64,000 nucleotides of DNA from an uncultured delta proteobacterium (lineage in GTDB: Bacteria; Myxococcota_A; UBA9160; UBA4427): contig CAWGJT010000005.1 of the NCBI GenBank assembly GCA_963822965.1, positions 1,120,001 to 1,184,000 on the forward strand, read 5' to 3'. Position 1 is the stretch's first letter, and every line of letters begins with the position of its first letter. Both the position numbers and the translations under genes were made by a program. Under the pieces are notes generated by a model that saw only the letters and a list, made by a program, of their open reading frames with translations, was not told where the DNA came from and did no database searches. This document shows, piece after piece, positions 39,446-48,627 of this stretch.

Positions 39446-40600
39446 ATGTGCCCGAACACGCTCTCGCCAAGGAGAGGAGGCCGTCATGCGCAACCGTCCG
39501 GAGCCCCCCTGCGTGTCGCCTTCCTCGGGTGCGGGCGGATCGCCGATCTGCAGTGCCTCGGGTACCTGAGCGATCCACGCGCCGAGATCCGGGCCGTGTG
39601 CGACGTCGACCCCGCGCTCGCCCGGAAGCGCGCCGAGCAGTGGGGCGCCCCGCAGGTCCACACGGACCTCGAGCAGATGCTCGCCGATCCCGAGATCGAC
39701 CTGGTCGAGATCCTGACGCCCCACCACCTCCACGAGGCCCACGCGACTGCCGCCCTCGAGGCCGGCAAGCATGTCTCGCTGCAGAAGCCGCCGACCCGGA
39801 CGCTCCAGGAGCTCGACCGACTGGCGGCCGTCGCCGAGCGGAGCGGCTGCACGCTGCGCGTCTTCGAGAATTTCATGTTCTACCCGCCCCACGAGAAGGC
39901 GAGGCGGCTGATCGCGGAGGGCGCGATCGGCGAGCCTCTGTCGATCCGTCTCAAGACGGCGGCAGGTCGCTTCGGGGACGGCTGGGAGATCACACCGCGC
40001 ACCCAGGCCTGGCGCATGGACACGAACACCTGCGGCGGCGGCGCCACGACCTTCGACCATGGCTACCACTGCTTCAACATGGCGCGCCACCTGATGCCCG
40101 AGGAGGTCGAGCGCGTCCACGCCTTCATCCACTGGACCGAGCTCGGTCGCGACCAGCGCATCGACGGTCCCGCGCTGATCACCTGGAAGTACGCGGGCGC
40201 GGTGCCGCGCTACGGGTCCTGGGAGGTGATCGCCTCGCTCGGCATGCGGGTGCGCTCGGACTACTACGCGAGCGACGACCGGATGGAGATCCACGGCAGC
40301 GAGGGCATCCTCTGGGTGAATCGCTGCACGGGCAAGCTTCTCGAGGAGCCCGCGGTGGTGCTCTACCGCGACGGCGAGACGCGCGCCTTCCACGATCTCG
40401 TGTGCGACTGGGCGGAGTCGTTTCGGCTGGGCGCGGTCGACCTGATCGACGCCCTGCTCGCAGGGCGCCGGCCCGCCCAGGACGCCGGCGAAGCGCGCGG
40501 TACGCTCGCATTCGCGCTGGCCGCAGCCCGGAGCGCCGACGAGGCGCGCGAGGTGACGATCGCGGAGATCGTCGACGAGGCGGGGGGCGGCGGGTCCTGA
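39446..40600 (+). CDS. Gfo/Idh/MocA family oxidoreductase
   Basis: LGCGRIA, ILTPHHLH, GKHVSLQKP, GGGATTFDHGYH. Confidence 0.92.
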   Translation: MCPNTLSPRRGGRHAQPSGAPLRVAFLGCGRIADLQCLGYLSDPRAEIRAVCDVDPALARKRAEQWGAPQVHTDLEQMLADPEIDLVEILTPHHLHEAHATAALEAGKHVSLQKPPTRTLQELDRLAAVAERSGCTLRVFENFMFYPPHEKARRLIAEGAIGEPLSIRLKTAAGRFGDGWEITPRTQAWRMDTNTCGGGATTFDHGYHCFNMARHLMPEEVERVHAFIHWTELGRDQRIDGPALITWKYAGAVPRYGSWEVIASLGMRVRSDYYASDDRMEIHGSEGILWVNRCTGKLLEEPAVVLYRDGETRAFHDLVCDWAESFRLGAVDLIDALLAGRRPAQDAGEARGTLAFALAAARSADEAREVTIAEIVDEAGGGGS

Positions 40601-40685
40601 CGCGCGCGATGCCGCAGACTGCGGCGCGAAGGGGCAGGCCCGCACTCTCCTTCGAGGTCTAGAGCGCCGCTGCTCGCGCTCCGGG

Positions 40686-40701
40686 TGGCACAAATCATGC
40701 T
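40686..40701 (+). promoter_or_regulatory. Putative sigma54 promoter
   Basis: TGGCAC-AAATC-ATGCT directly upstream of a secreted-protein gene. Confidence 0.65.
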
Positions 40702-40714
40702 AGGTGTGAGCGAG

Positions 40715-41815
40715 GTGTCGTCAGATTGGAAAAGCGCTCTGGGGTGGGCTGTTTCGTGGCTGCTGCTCGCGGGCACGACGGCGCCTGCTTCCGCCCAGGT
40801 GCTGGTCGCCCAGGACGACGGCTACTACGTGGCACCCGGTGCGACGCCCTTGATCGAAGCCTTCGGCGTACTCGACAACGACACGCTGGACGACGGGCCA
40901 GCGGGCGAGAACGGTGCGACGGTGGAGCTGGTCGCGGACGCGAGCCAGGGCACGCTCGCGCTGAGCCCGGACGGGTCGTTCAGCTACGCGCCTGGAGCCG
41001 GCTTCGACGGCACGGACAGCTTCATCTACCGCGCCGTGTTCGGCAGCGTCTCCGACGAGGCGACCGTCACGCTGACGGCCTGCACCGGGGGGCCGCAGAT
41101 CTTCACGTGTTGGCAGGAAGCCGCATTCCTCGCCAAAGCCACCGAGCTGGGTCACCCGAGCTTCAGAGAGGGGTTCGAGAACGATGCCGTCTGGGGAGTG
41201 GCGCGGTCTCCGAACACACAGCTCAGCGTCGACAGTCGCGGCTTCGCTTGGCGAGCGAACGACTTCGACCCGACTCACGTCGAACCCACGCTTCCGCCAC
41301 CTCCGCCGCCGAACGAGATCACGACGGGCTCCGGAGCAGCTCGAACCGGCCAGTGGGGGATCTTCGACCCCGAGCACGGATACGCGACGGGCACGTCGAC
41401 CGAGTGCGACATCGACGCTCCCCCGGCCAACTGTCTCTTCCACGACGGCTTCACGATCTCACGTGCAGCCGGCTCGACGCCCCTCTACGGCGCGGGGGGC
41501 TTCTTTCATGGCACCTTTGGGGCGAAGGTCGCCATCGTCCTGGACGGCGACTGGCAGAACCCGATCGGTGGCGGGAGCGTGTCGGTCGGGGGAGACGGGT
41601 TCTTCGGCGTGATCGACGCCGGTCCGAACGGCTTCGGGGAGATCCAGTTCCGGGAGACCGACGGAAAGATCGGGCAGGCGCTCTTCATCTTCGGCGACGA
41701 CTTCACGCTGCTGGCGCAGCCCAATGCCCGGGTCCCCGCCCTCGACGTCTGCGGCGTCATCAGTCTGGCAGCCATGCTCACCCTCTTCGGGCGCCGGCTC
41801 GTGCGAAGCTCGTAG
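40715..41815 (+). CDS. Secreted Ig-like (Big_9/cadherin-like) domain protein with an IPTL-CTERM-like tail
   Basis: Signal ending ASAQ; VAQDDGY, GVLDND, GTLALSPDGSFSYAP..GTDSFIY; tail VPALDVCGVISLAAMLTLFGRRLVRSS. Confidence 0.75.
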   Translation: MSSDWKSALGWAVSWLLLAGTTAPASAQVLVAQDDGYYVAPGATPLIEAFGVLDNDTLDDGPAGENGATVELVADASQGTLALSPDGSFSYAPGAGFDGTDSFIYRAVFGSVSDEATVTLTACTGGPQIFTCWQEAAFLAKATELGHPSFREGFENDAVWGVARSPNTQLSVDSRGFAWRANDFDPTHVEPTLPPPPPPNEITTGSGAARTGQWGIFDPEHGYATGTSTECDIDAPPANCLFHDGFTISRAAGSTPLYGAGGFFHGTFGAKVAIVLDGDWQNPIGGGSVSVGGDGFFGVIDAGPNGFGEIQFRETDGKIGQALFIFGDDFTLLAQPNARVPALDVCGVISLAAMLTLFGRRLVRSS

Positions 41816-42042
41816 TCGGGCACCGTCTCGCCCCGCTGCTGCCGCGCGACCCTGCGGCGGTGCCGCCGAGCGGAACTCCGCTGCTGATCCCTGCGCCGTG
41901 CGCGAGAGGCCGCTTCGATGGCACCGAGCGAGTGGCGCCGCGAAGCTGGAGGCGTGGAGGAAGGGCGGGCGGAACGACGGAGAAGCCGTCCCGGTGCCGG
42001 CCTCCGGCGGGGATCAGCGTCTCCGATCGGGCCTCTGAGGGC

Positions 42043-42567
42043 TCACTGGCCCTTCAGGCGCGGCATCCCCATGAAGTCGCGCTTGCCGATGGGCACGCCC
42101 TTCATGCGCAGGATGTCGTAGGCGGTGGTCGCGTGGAAGTAGAAGTTGGGGAACGAGAACGACAGCACGAAGTCCCGCGCGACGAACGGCATGCCGTGGT
42201 CGCCGAGCTTGAACTGGACGTCCTTCTCCTCCAGCGCGTCGATCGTCTTGCGGTCGTACGCCTGTAGGTCCGAGCGCGCGTCGGCGACCAGCTTCTCGAG
42301 GGCGGCGTAGTTCAGGTCGGGCGTCGCTCCCGGGGGCCCGAACACGCCGGCTTCGATGCCCCGGATGGCGCCGAGCGAGTGGTGCGCGACGGAGACGAGC
42401 TGGAAGCGGAAGGGAAACATGTCGTTGTAGAGGCGCGTCTCGACGACCGCGTCGAGATCGATGCCGCTCTTCTCGCAGTGCTCGCGTCCCTTCGCGAGGA
42501 AGCCGGACACGGCGCCCAGGATCTGGAGGTAGGACGCGACGCTGACATCGTAGAACGAGATGGCCAT
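42043..42567 (-). CDS. DUF1993 family protein
   Basis: RLYNDMFPFRFQ, PNFYFHATTAYDILRMKGVPIGKRDF. Confidence 0.92.
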   Translation of the reverse strand: MAISFYDVSVASYLQILGAVSGFLAKGREHCEKSGIDLDAVVETRLYNDMFPFRFQLVSVAHHSLGAIRGIEAGVFGPPGATPDLNYAALEKLVADARSDLQAYDRKTIDALEEKDVQFKLGDHGMPFVARDFVLSFSFPNFYFHATTAYDILRMKGVPIGKRDFMGMPRLKGQ

Positions 42568-42704
42568 GGGGGTCTCCTTGGGTGTGTGGGGGGTTCCGGG
42601 CGCCCGGCGGGAGACTACCAGAGGTTGGCGGGTCTCCTGCCGCCGATCTCGAGCTCGCCCGTCCGCCACCAGGGCCTCCTGGCCGCCGTCGGCGCAGAAG
42701 CCGT

Positions 42705-42806
42705 TCCGACATCGAGCTGGTCGCTCCGGACGCGCTCTCCTACGCAGAGACGTTCATCATCCGCGGCCTGAACGACCTGCCGCTGCGCTTCCGAGTCCGC
42801 GGGTAG
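42705..42806 (+). pseudogene. Probable cytochrome P450 C-terminal remnant
   Basis: DIELVAPDALSYAETFIIRGLNDLPLRFRVRG* resembles bacterial P450 termini; no upstream haem-Cys motif is seen. Confidence 0.5.
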
Positions 42807-43106
42807 CCCGGGCTCGAGGCGCGCTCCTCGCATGGCTTGGCTGGGCGGCGTCGGAAAGGGGACAGGCGCCCCAGCCCTCCGATCGGCGGATCCGCCGGGG
42901 GGCGAAGGGCACGCGCGACCCGCCCCATCCCGGCTTCGATCCGAAGCCCCGGGCCACGGGGTGTCCGCCGCCCGGGCTTGCAGCGTGATGCGCGTCACGC
43001 TGGGGGCGTGCATCACCAGTCGGTGGCGTCCAAGCTCGGGTCGATGGGCGATTGCGAGTCAACAGCGGGGCTGCGCAGGCCGATACGCGATCGACGGAGG
43101 TGCGGG

Positions 43107-44552
43107 TTGGCTGGAACCATCGTCTACGTCGACATGGCGCCCGACCTGCCCGAGGGCCTGGGCCTGGCGCTCGGACGGCTCGGGTTCCGACTGCAGTTCA
43201 CGCCCGATCTCGACGAGGCGTTCACCCGGGTCCGCGATGGCGCCGCACGTCTGGTGATCGTCGAGGTCCTGCTCGACGACGGCCACGGTTGGCACCTCAT
43301 CCCGCGCATCCGGGGGCTGGAGGGAGCACCGGGCCGGGTTCCGATCGTGATCCTGACGCGCGCCGAGCGGACCGCCAGGCTGCACGCGCGGGCCGTCGAG
43401 CTGGGTGCCGACGACCTTCGGGCCCGGCCCGTCACGCGCGCGCAGATGCTCCGCACGATCCTCGGGTGCGTGGGAGCCGATGCCGCGGGAGAGCCTGCGG
43501 ATCGCGTGCTCGCCGACCCGACCCGCGGTGTGGCGCGCGAGGCGAGCGGAAGCCTGGAAGAGCTTCCCGTCCCCGAGCTCCTGATGCGCCTGCGGAGCGA
43601 TGGGGCGACGGGCCTTCTCTTCCTGCAGGACTTCGAGGAGCTGACCGTGCAGCTGCGCGGTGGCGCGCTCGTCGCGGTGGCCTCGAGCCGGGGCGACGAG
43701 ACCTTCGCGGACTTCTTGATGCGCACCAAGCGCATCTCAGACGAGGAGCACGAGGCGCTGCTCGAGCGCGCACACGCCGCCGGCGAGAGCGAGCCCGCCG
43801 CAGCCGTGTCGATCCGGGCGATGTCCCGCCGCGAGGTGCAGGCGGCGCTGGCCGACCGCGCTGCCGAGCCGCTGCTCGAGGCGTTCATGTGGACCGCGGG
43901 CAGCTGGCGCTTCGAGCCCGGCCGGCGACTCGACTCGGGCCGGGCGATCGAGCGCGGCGTGGCGCGGATGCTGGTGCAGGGCGTGCTCCAGTGGACACCG
44001 TCGCGCGCGGTTCGTGCCATGCTCGATCGCCGCGGCGCCCTGTACCTGTCCCGGGTCGATCGCCCGGTCTACGAGCTCGCGGAGCTCTCGCCGCTGCCCT
44101 GCGAGCCCGATCTGCTGGATCGCTGGGTGGGCGACGACACCGTCGCAGAGGTACTCGAGTCCGGCGTGGTCGGCGAGCGAGAGCTGTATGCGCTGCTGGT
44201 CACCGGGGTGGTGGAAACCCACGAGCGGTCCCCGCTCGAGCTCCAGCAGGTCGTCGAGCCCGACGCGCTCGACGACGACGAGTCGTCCTCGTTGCTGGAG
44301 ATCGACGATCTGTGCGAGCCGGTGACGCCTCGCGAGCGCGTCGCTCCCGCACCACGGCGCGCCGCCGCCGCGCCGCGCCGAATACCCGTCCGGCCCGCGC
44401 GTCCGCGCCCCCCGGCGCCGCGCGCGGCTGGCCCGCCGGCTGCCCCACGCCCGCAGCCCCCGCGCCCGCAGCCCCGCGACCGACCCGGGCGCCAGACCCC
44501 GTCTGGTCTGCTGGCCAGGCTGCGCAGCTGGTGGGTCCGCTGGCGGAGCTGA
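43107..44552 (+). CDS. Atypical receiver domain + DUF4388-like domain protein with a Pro-rich tail
   Basis: Receiver-like VPIVILT..AVELGADD; SGSLEELPVPELL..ATGLLFL; WTAGSWRFEP. Confidence 0.75.
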   Translation: MAGTIVYVDMAPDLPEGLGLALGRLGFRLQFTPDLDEAFTRVRDGAARLVIVEVLLDDGHGWHLIPRIRGLEGAPGRVPIVILTRAERTARLHARAVELGADDLRARPVTRAQMLRTILGCVGADAAGEPADRVLADPTRGVAREASGSLEELPVPELLMRLRSDGATGLLFLQDFEELTVQLRGGALVAVASSRGDETFADFLMRTKRISDEEHEALLERAHAAGESEPAAAVSIRAMSRREVQAALADRAAEPLLEAFMWTAGSWRFEPGRRLDSGRAIERGVARMLVQGVLQWTPSRAVRAMLDRRGALYLSRVDRPVYELAELSPLPCEPDLLDRWVGDDTVAEVLESGVVGERELYALLVTGVVETHERSPLELQQVVEPDALDDDESSSLLEIDDLCEPVTPRERVAPAPRRAAAAPRRIPVRPARPRPPAPRAAGPPAAPRPQPPRPQPRDRPGRQTPSGLLARLRSWWVRWRS

Positions 44553-45017
44553 GCGACTCCTCCGAATTTCCGAGCGGCACCCCGATCCGCATGACGGATC
44601 AGGGCTCGCCGGCTCGGTCTGCGGCGACGGCGTCGGGGAACAGGCGTTCCAGGTGCTCCGCGATTCCGAGCAGCCTCGTCCGGAGCCGACGCTGGGAGCC
44701 GGCGGTCGAGAGCGAGGCGTCGGGAAGGGAGCCCACGCCTGCCGGCGCGCCGGCGGAGCCCCGAAGCACGAGGCGCTCGTCGAGTCCCAGATGAGCCGCC
44801 AGCCTGCGGGCGTACTCGAAGTGGGTCACCAGGCAACGCCTCCGAGCAGTGCAATGCGAGGGAAGCAACCCTCACTTCCCGGTTCAACCCCCCACTCGCG
44901 CTGGCGGGTCCACGAGTCGCGCTGGCGATGCCGACCGAAGTCCTCCTTTTTCTGTTGACACAACCAGGCGTATCTGCAAAAGATCGAGAAACCGACCCAC
45001 CCTAGGAACACATCGAG

Positions 45018-46205
45018 ATGTTCATGCCCAGCTCAGCCTACCGCGCGGCACGCGCCGCCTTCGCAGCCCTCGCGCCGTTCACCGCGCTCGCCGTCGCGAC
45101 CGTTCCCGCTATCTCCCTCGCCGCCTCCAGCGTCAAGATCGAGGACGACTTCGATACGGCTCCGGAGACCTGGTCGGCGCATCTCGTAACCTCGACCACG
45201 GCGCACATTCCGGCGCCTACGGATCCCCAGCGAGATGGATCCGCCCAGCTGTTGCCCTCGATCACGGGCTCGGGAGGCGGTGGCTTCTCGGGCGACTTCT
45301 TGTTCGCCAAGGCCCAGTGCGCCCCTTCGGAGACATGCACCGCGACAGGCTGCGGAAGCCAGTGCCTGAATCCGTTCTGGGGGACCGTCCACTGGGGCCT
45401 GGTGCATCCAGCGAGCTACGACGCGAGCCTGGACGGCACCGTGGCCTCGATCGACGTCACCCTCTACGCCAAGACCTGGCCCGAGCAGTACACCGAATCA
45501 CACCGGATCGACCAGGCGATCGGGGTATTGATCCGGCAGAGCGACGGAAGCGGCGGCTACCGCTTCTTCCGCAGCATGCAGGCCACCTTCGTGTCGTGGG
45601 ACGCATCCGATCCCTCCACCGGCAGTTGGCAGCCGGTGTCCATCTCGGTCGAGCCGACGGACCTGTTCTACGAGTGGAATCCGGCCGGGTCGCCCGCCGC
45701 CCAGGTGCTCATCGACTTCAGCGAGCCCTTCGAGATCGGCGTCTCCATCGGGCGGACGGCCACCCACGGCCAGCACCTGACCTGCGGCCTCCAGGACATG
45801 CACAGCTGGGTGATGACCAGCAACGTCGGGATCGACGAGTTCAGCGCCGTCATCCACGCGGTCGACAGCGACGGCGACACCGTGCCGGACAACCTCGACA
45901 ACTGCACGCTGGTCCCCAACGGGCCGAACGAGGCACCCAACGACCAATACGACGCCGCGGGAGACGGCTACGGGAACGCCTGTGACTGTGACCTCCTGCC
46001 CAACGGAGCCGCCTGCGGCTACTACGACACCATCGGTTTCGCGTGGTGCCAGATCAACCAGGTCTTCCCCGGCTGCGAGCCTGCAGACATGAACGCGAAC
46101 GGCGTGATGGACAGCGGGGACGCGGATCTCTTCGCCGCCTCGAAGTCGAACGGCGAACCTGGCCCGTCGGGCCTCGCCTGCGCCGGCACGGTCCCCTGCC
46201 CGTAG
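45018..46205 (+). CDS. Secreted protein with TSP3-like and dockerin-like Ca-binding C-terminus
   Basis: Signal peptide; DSDGDTVPDNLDNC, GDGYGNACDCD, DMNANGVMDSGD, PGPSGLACAGTVPCP. Confidence 0.75.
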   Translation: MFMPSSAYRAARAAFAALAPFTALAVATVPAISLAASSVKIEDDFDTAPETWSAHLVTSTTAHIPAPTDPQRDGSAQLLPSITGSGGGGFSGDFLFAKAQCAPSETCTATGCGSQCLNPFWGTVHWGLVHPASYDASLDGTVASIDVTLYAKTWPEQYTESHRIDQAIGVLIRQSDGSGGYRFFRSMQATFVSWDASDPSTGSWQPVSISVEPTDLFYEWNPAGSPAAQVLIDFSEPFEIGVSIGRTATHGQHLTCGLQDMHSWVMTSNVGIDEFSAVIHAVDSDGDTVPDNLDNCTLVPNGPNEAPNDQYDAAGDGYGNACDCDLLPNGAACGYYDTIGFAWCQINQVFPGCEPADMNANGVMDSGDADLFAASKSNGEPGPSGLACAGTVPCP

Positions 46206-46259
46206 CGCCGACCCGGCCGTCGCGTCCCGGGTCGGCGGCCGGAGCTCCTCCGCGCATCG

Positions 46260-46934
46260 CAACGCCTATGGGGTCCGTTCTCCTCGTCACCCCGCAGCCA
46301 CGCGACTGCGGGCACGGTCCCCATCGACGTCTCGCGGCTTCGTAGCTGCGTGATCGCCGAGAGGCCCCGGGCCATGGTGCCGATCAGGAAGACGTGCATG
46401 ATCAGGCTACCGATCATGGAGTGGCCGCCCGGGCCGGCCAGCAGGGACAGCCACCCGATCGAGAGACTGAAGAAGCCGAGCGCGGCCTTCGAGCGCCGTC
46501 CCACGAAGAAGGCGAGCATCGCGAACACCAGGCCCGTGACGAGCGTTCCCACGTCGAGAGGAAGCCGCCCAGCGCAACGTCCCCCTGCCGGACCCCGACG
46601 AGGCCGAGCAGGATGTTCAGACCCGCGACGAACCACACCGCGATGGTCGCGGCCCCGAGGCCCTCTCCCGGATGCGAGCCCGAGCCGGGCAGCGGCGCCC
46701 CCTCGCGCAGGAGCCGAAGCTCGTGGCCGAGGAGTCCGCTTGCGCGCTGTACGTGCGGGCTCGCACCATCGGGCAGAACCAGGTCGACTCCCTCCCGAAG
46801 CGACTTTGCATCGGGGATGGTCCCGATCGGTTGCCCGTCGAGTCGGATCTCGGTGTTCTTCCAGAACGCTCGCGTCGTGACCTCGAGACGAGGCGGCTCT
46901 CCCTCGGAGAGGACGTATCGAGGGTTCGGGCCAT
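46260..46934 (-). pseudogene. Frameshifted or degenerate hypothetical membrane protein; boundaries approximate
   Basis: PPRLEVT..FWKNTEIRLDG..LPGSGSHP..TM in one frame, further TM helices in another; no clean start or stop. Confidence 0.45.
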
Positions 46935-47267
46935 GGGCTCGTCCTCCGGCCGCGCGAGCGGCCTTCGCTTGCGGCCGCCATTCGACACGACCTGGTGACG
47001 CCCTGAGCCCACCGGCAGCGCCGAGGCAGAGGGGGTGCACCACTGCCGCCGTGTGCGGAACGGGGCCGCGTCCGGCGGAGCGCGGCGAGGTTGTTCGAAT
47101 CCCGCGGGCCCCGGTCCCGGCGACGGGACGCCCGACGCGGCCCGAGACCGCACGCGCCTCCCGAGCCGCTCCTACGCCCCCCAAGGGAAACGAGCGCGCC
47201 GTTGATCTGGGAGCGGCTCTCGTGAGACAGTGCTCCTTTCTCTCGATCAGCTCCTGGAGGAACTAGC

Positions 47268-48425
47268 ATGCAGTCACGTAGAACGATGCGTCCGTGGGTT
47301 GCGGGGATTCTGCTGGCCGCGGTCGCGCTGTTGGGAAACCGCTGTCCGGGCCTCCTGCCCGGCGCATTCGTGCAGCTCCACAACGCAGGTGCCAGCAAAT
47401 ACCTCGGCGACTTCACGCCAGCCTCGTCCAGCGACGTCGGCGACGGCTGGACCCGGCACGACTTCGATCCCGACGGAGGCGACGGGCCGCTCTGCATCGA
47501 CGGCTCACCCTACGCGGTGTTCAGCCGCGCGGGCGATCCGTCGAAGCTGTTGATCTTCGAGCAGGGGGGCGGCGCCTGCTGGCAGGACTTCTACAACTGC
47601 AACGTCGACCTCGGAGACAACTTCCTGCCGCCGTTCCCGCAGGTCGACCAGGCGGGCCTCTGGAACCGCAGCAATCCCGACAACCCCTTCGCAGACTACT
47701 CGGTGGTCTACCTGCCCTACTGCGACGGCTCGGTCTTCTCGGGCGACAACGACGTGGACGACCCGAGCTTCCCCGACGGCCCGGTCCGCTTCCACCGGGG
47801 TCTGCGCAACCAGTCCGCCGGCATCGACCTCGCGAAGAGCCTGTTCCCCGGTGCCACCCAGGTCACGCTGGCCGGCTCGAGCGCCGGTGGAGTCGGCGTC
47901 GCGGGCTTCGCCCCCTTCCTCGCTCGCTTCACGTTCGGGAACTGGGTGGACCTGACGGTCTTCAACGACGCTGGACCGGTTGCCGTGAACCTCGTCCCGA
48001 GCCAGGAGGCAGCCATCGAGGCGCGGGCCACCGACTGGCAGTTCGGCCAGTTCTATGCGGCCAGCTGCCACCAGTGCGACGATCTCGGTCAGGCCACCGG
48101 CGTGATCGACTGGCGGCTCAAGAAGGACTCGACGATCCGCGAGGCGATCTACGATACGGACGGGGACCTCACGAACCGCTTCTTCCTCGGCCTGCTCGGC
48201 GATCAGCAGGCCTGGCGGGACCTGATCGTGACCGAGCACGGGTACCTGAACGAGGACTACCCGGACCGCTACAAGCGCTTCATCGTGGCCGGCGACACCT
48301 CGCATACCGGTCTCCAGTCGATCCTCTTCTACACGCAGGACGCCGACGGCGTTCTCCTGAACGACTGGGCCGCGGACTTCCTGGACGACGCGGCCGGCTG
48401 GGTCGACATCGTCGAGGAGCCGTGA
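47268..48425 (+). CDS. Pectin acetylesterase-family hydrolase
   Basis: CIDGSPY, QGGGACW, VYLPYCDGS, AGSSAGG. Confidence 0.88.
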   Translation: MQSRRTMRPWVAGILLAAVALLGNRCPGLLPGAFVQLHNAGASKYLGDFTPASSSDVGDGWTRHDFDPDGGDGPLCIDGSPYAVFSRAGDPSKLLIFEQGGGACWQDFYNCNVDLGDNFLPPFPQVDQAGLWNRSNPDNPFADYSVVYLPYCDGSVFSGDNDVDDPSFPDGPVRFHRGLRNQSAGIDLAKSLFPGATQVTLAGSSAGGVGVAGFAPFLARFTFGNWVDLTVFNDAGPVAVNLVPSQEAAIEARATDWQFGQFYAASCHQCDDLGQATGVIDWRLKKDSTIREAIYDTDGDLTNRFFLGLLGDQQAWRDLIVTEHGYLNEDYPDRYKRFIVAGDTSHTGLQSILFYTQDADGVLLNDWAADFLDDAAGWVDIVEEP

Positions 48426-48517
48426 TCGACATCGTCGAGGAGCCGTGATCGACATCGTCGAGGAGCCGTGATCGACATCGTCGAGGAGCCGTGATCGACA
48501 TCGTCGAGGAGCCGTGA
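48403..48517. repeat. 23-bp tandem repeat, 5 exact copies, including the esterase stop codon
   Basis: TCGACATCGTCGAGGAGCCGTGA at 48403, 48426, 48449, 48472 and 48495. Confidence 0.97.
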
Positions 48518-48523
48518 CCTCCA

Positions 48524-48555
48524 CCTGCCGGCCCCGAACCTCCGGGGCCGGCAGG
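48524..48555. terminator. 13-bp stem hairpin between convergent genes
   Basis: CCTGCCGGCCCCG-AACCTC-CGGGGCCGGCAGG. Confidence 0.6.
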
Positions 48556-48627
48556 CATCGCCGTCCGTCGAGGTGAGCCTGCGCGCGTCGTCGTCGTCGA
48601 GGCTCCTGCTCGTGGGGTCGGGAAGGT

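Noticed and set aside
44599..44830. Short minus-strand ORF (HFEYARRLAAHLGLDERLVLRG..)
   Set aside because: It reads as protein-like but has no recognisable family or convincing start; possibly a remnant.
47093..47112. tRNA 3'-end-like fragment GTTCGAATCCCGCGGGCCCC (possible att site)
   Set aside because: No T-stem pairing, no CCA, and no match to the tRNA in this window; too short to support.
48403..48517. CRISPR array
   Set aside because: The repeats are directly adjacent with no spacers, and no cas genes are in the window.
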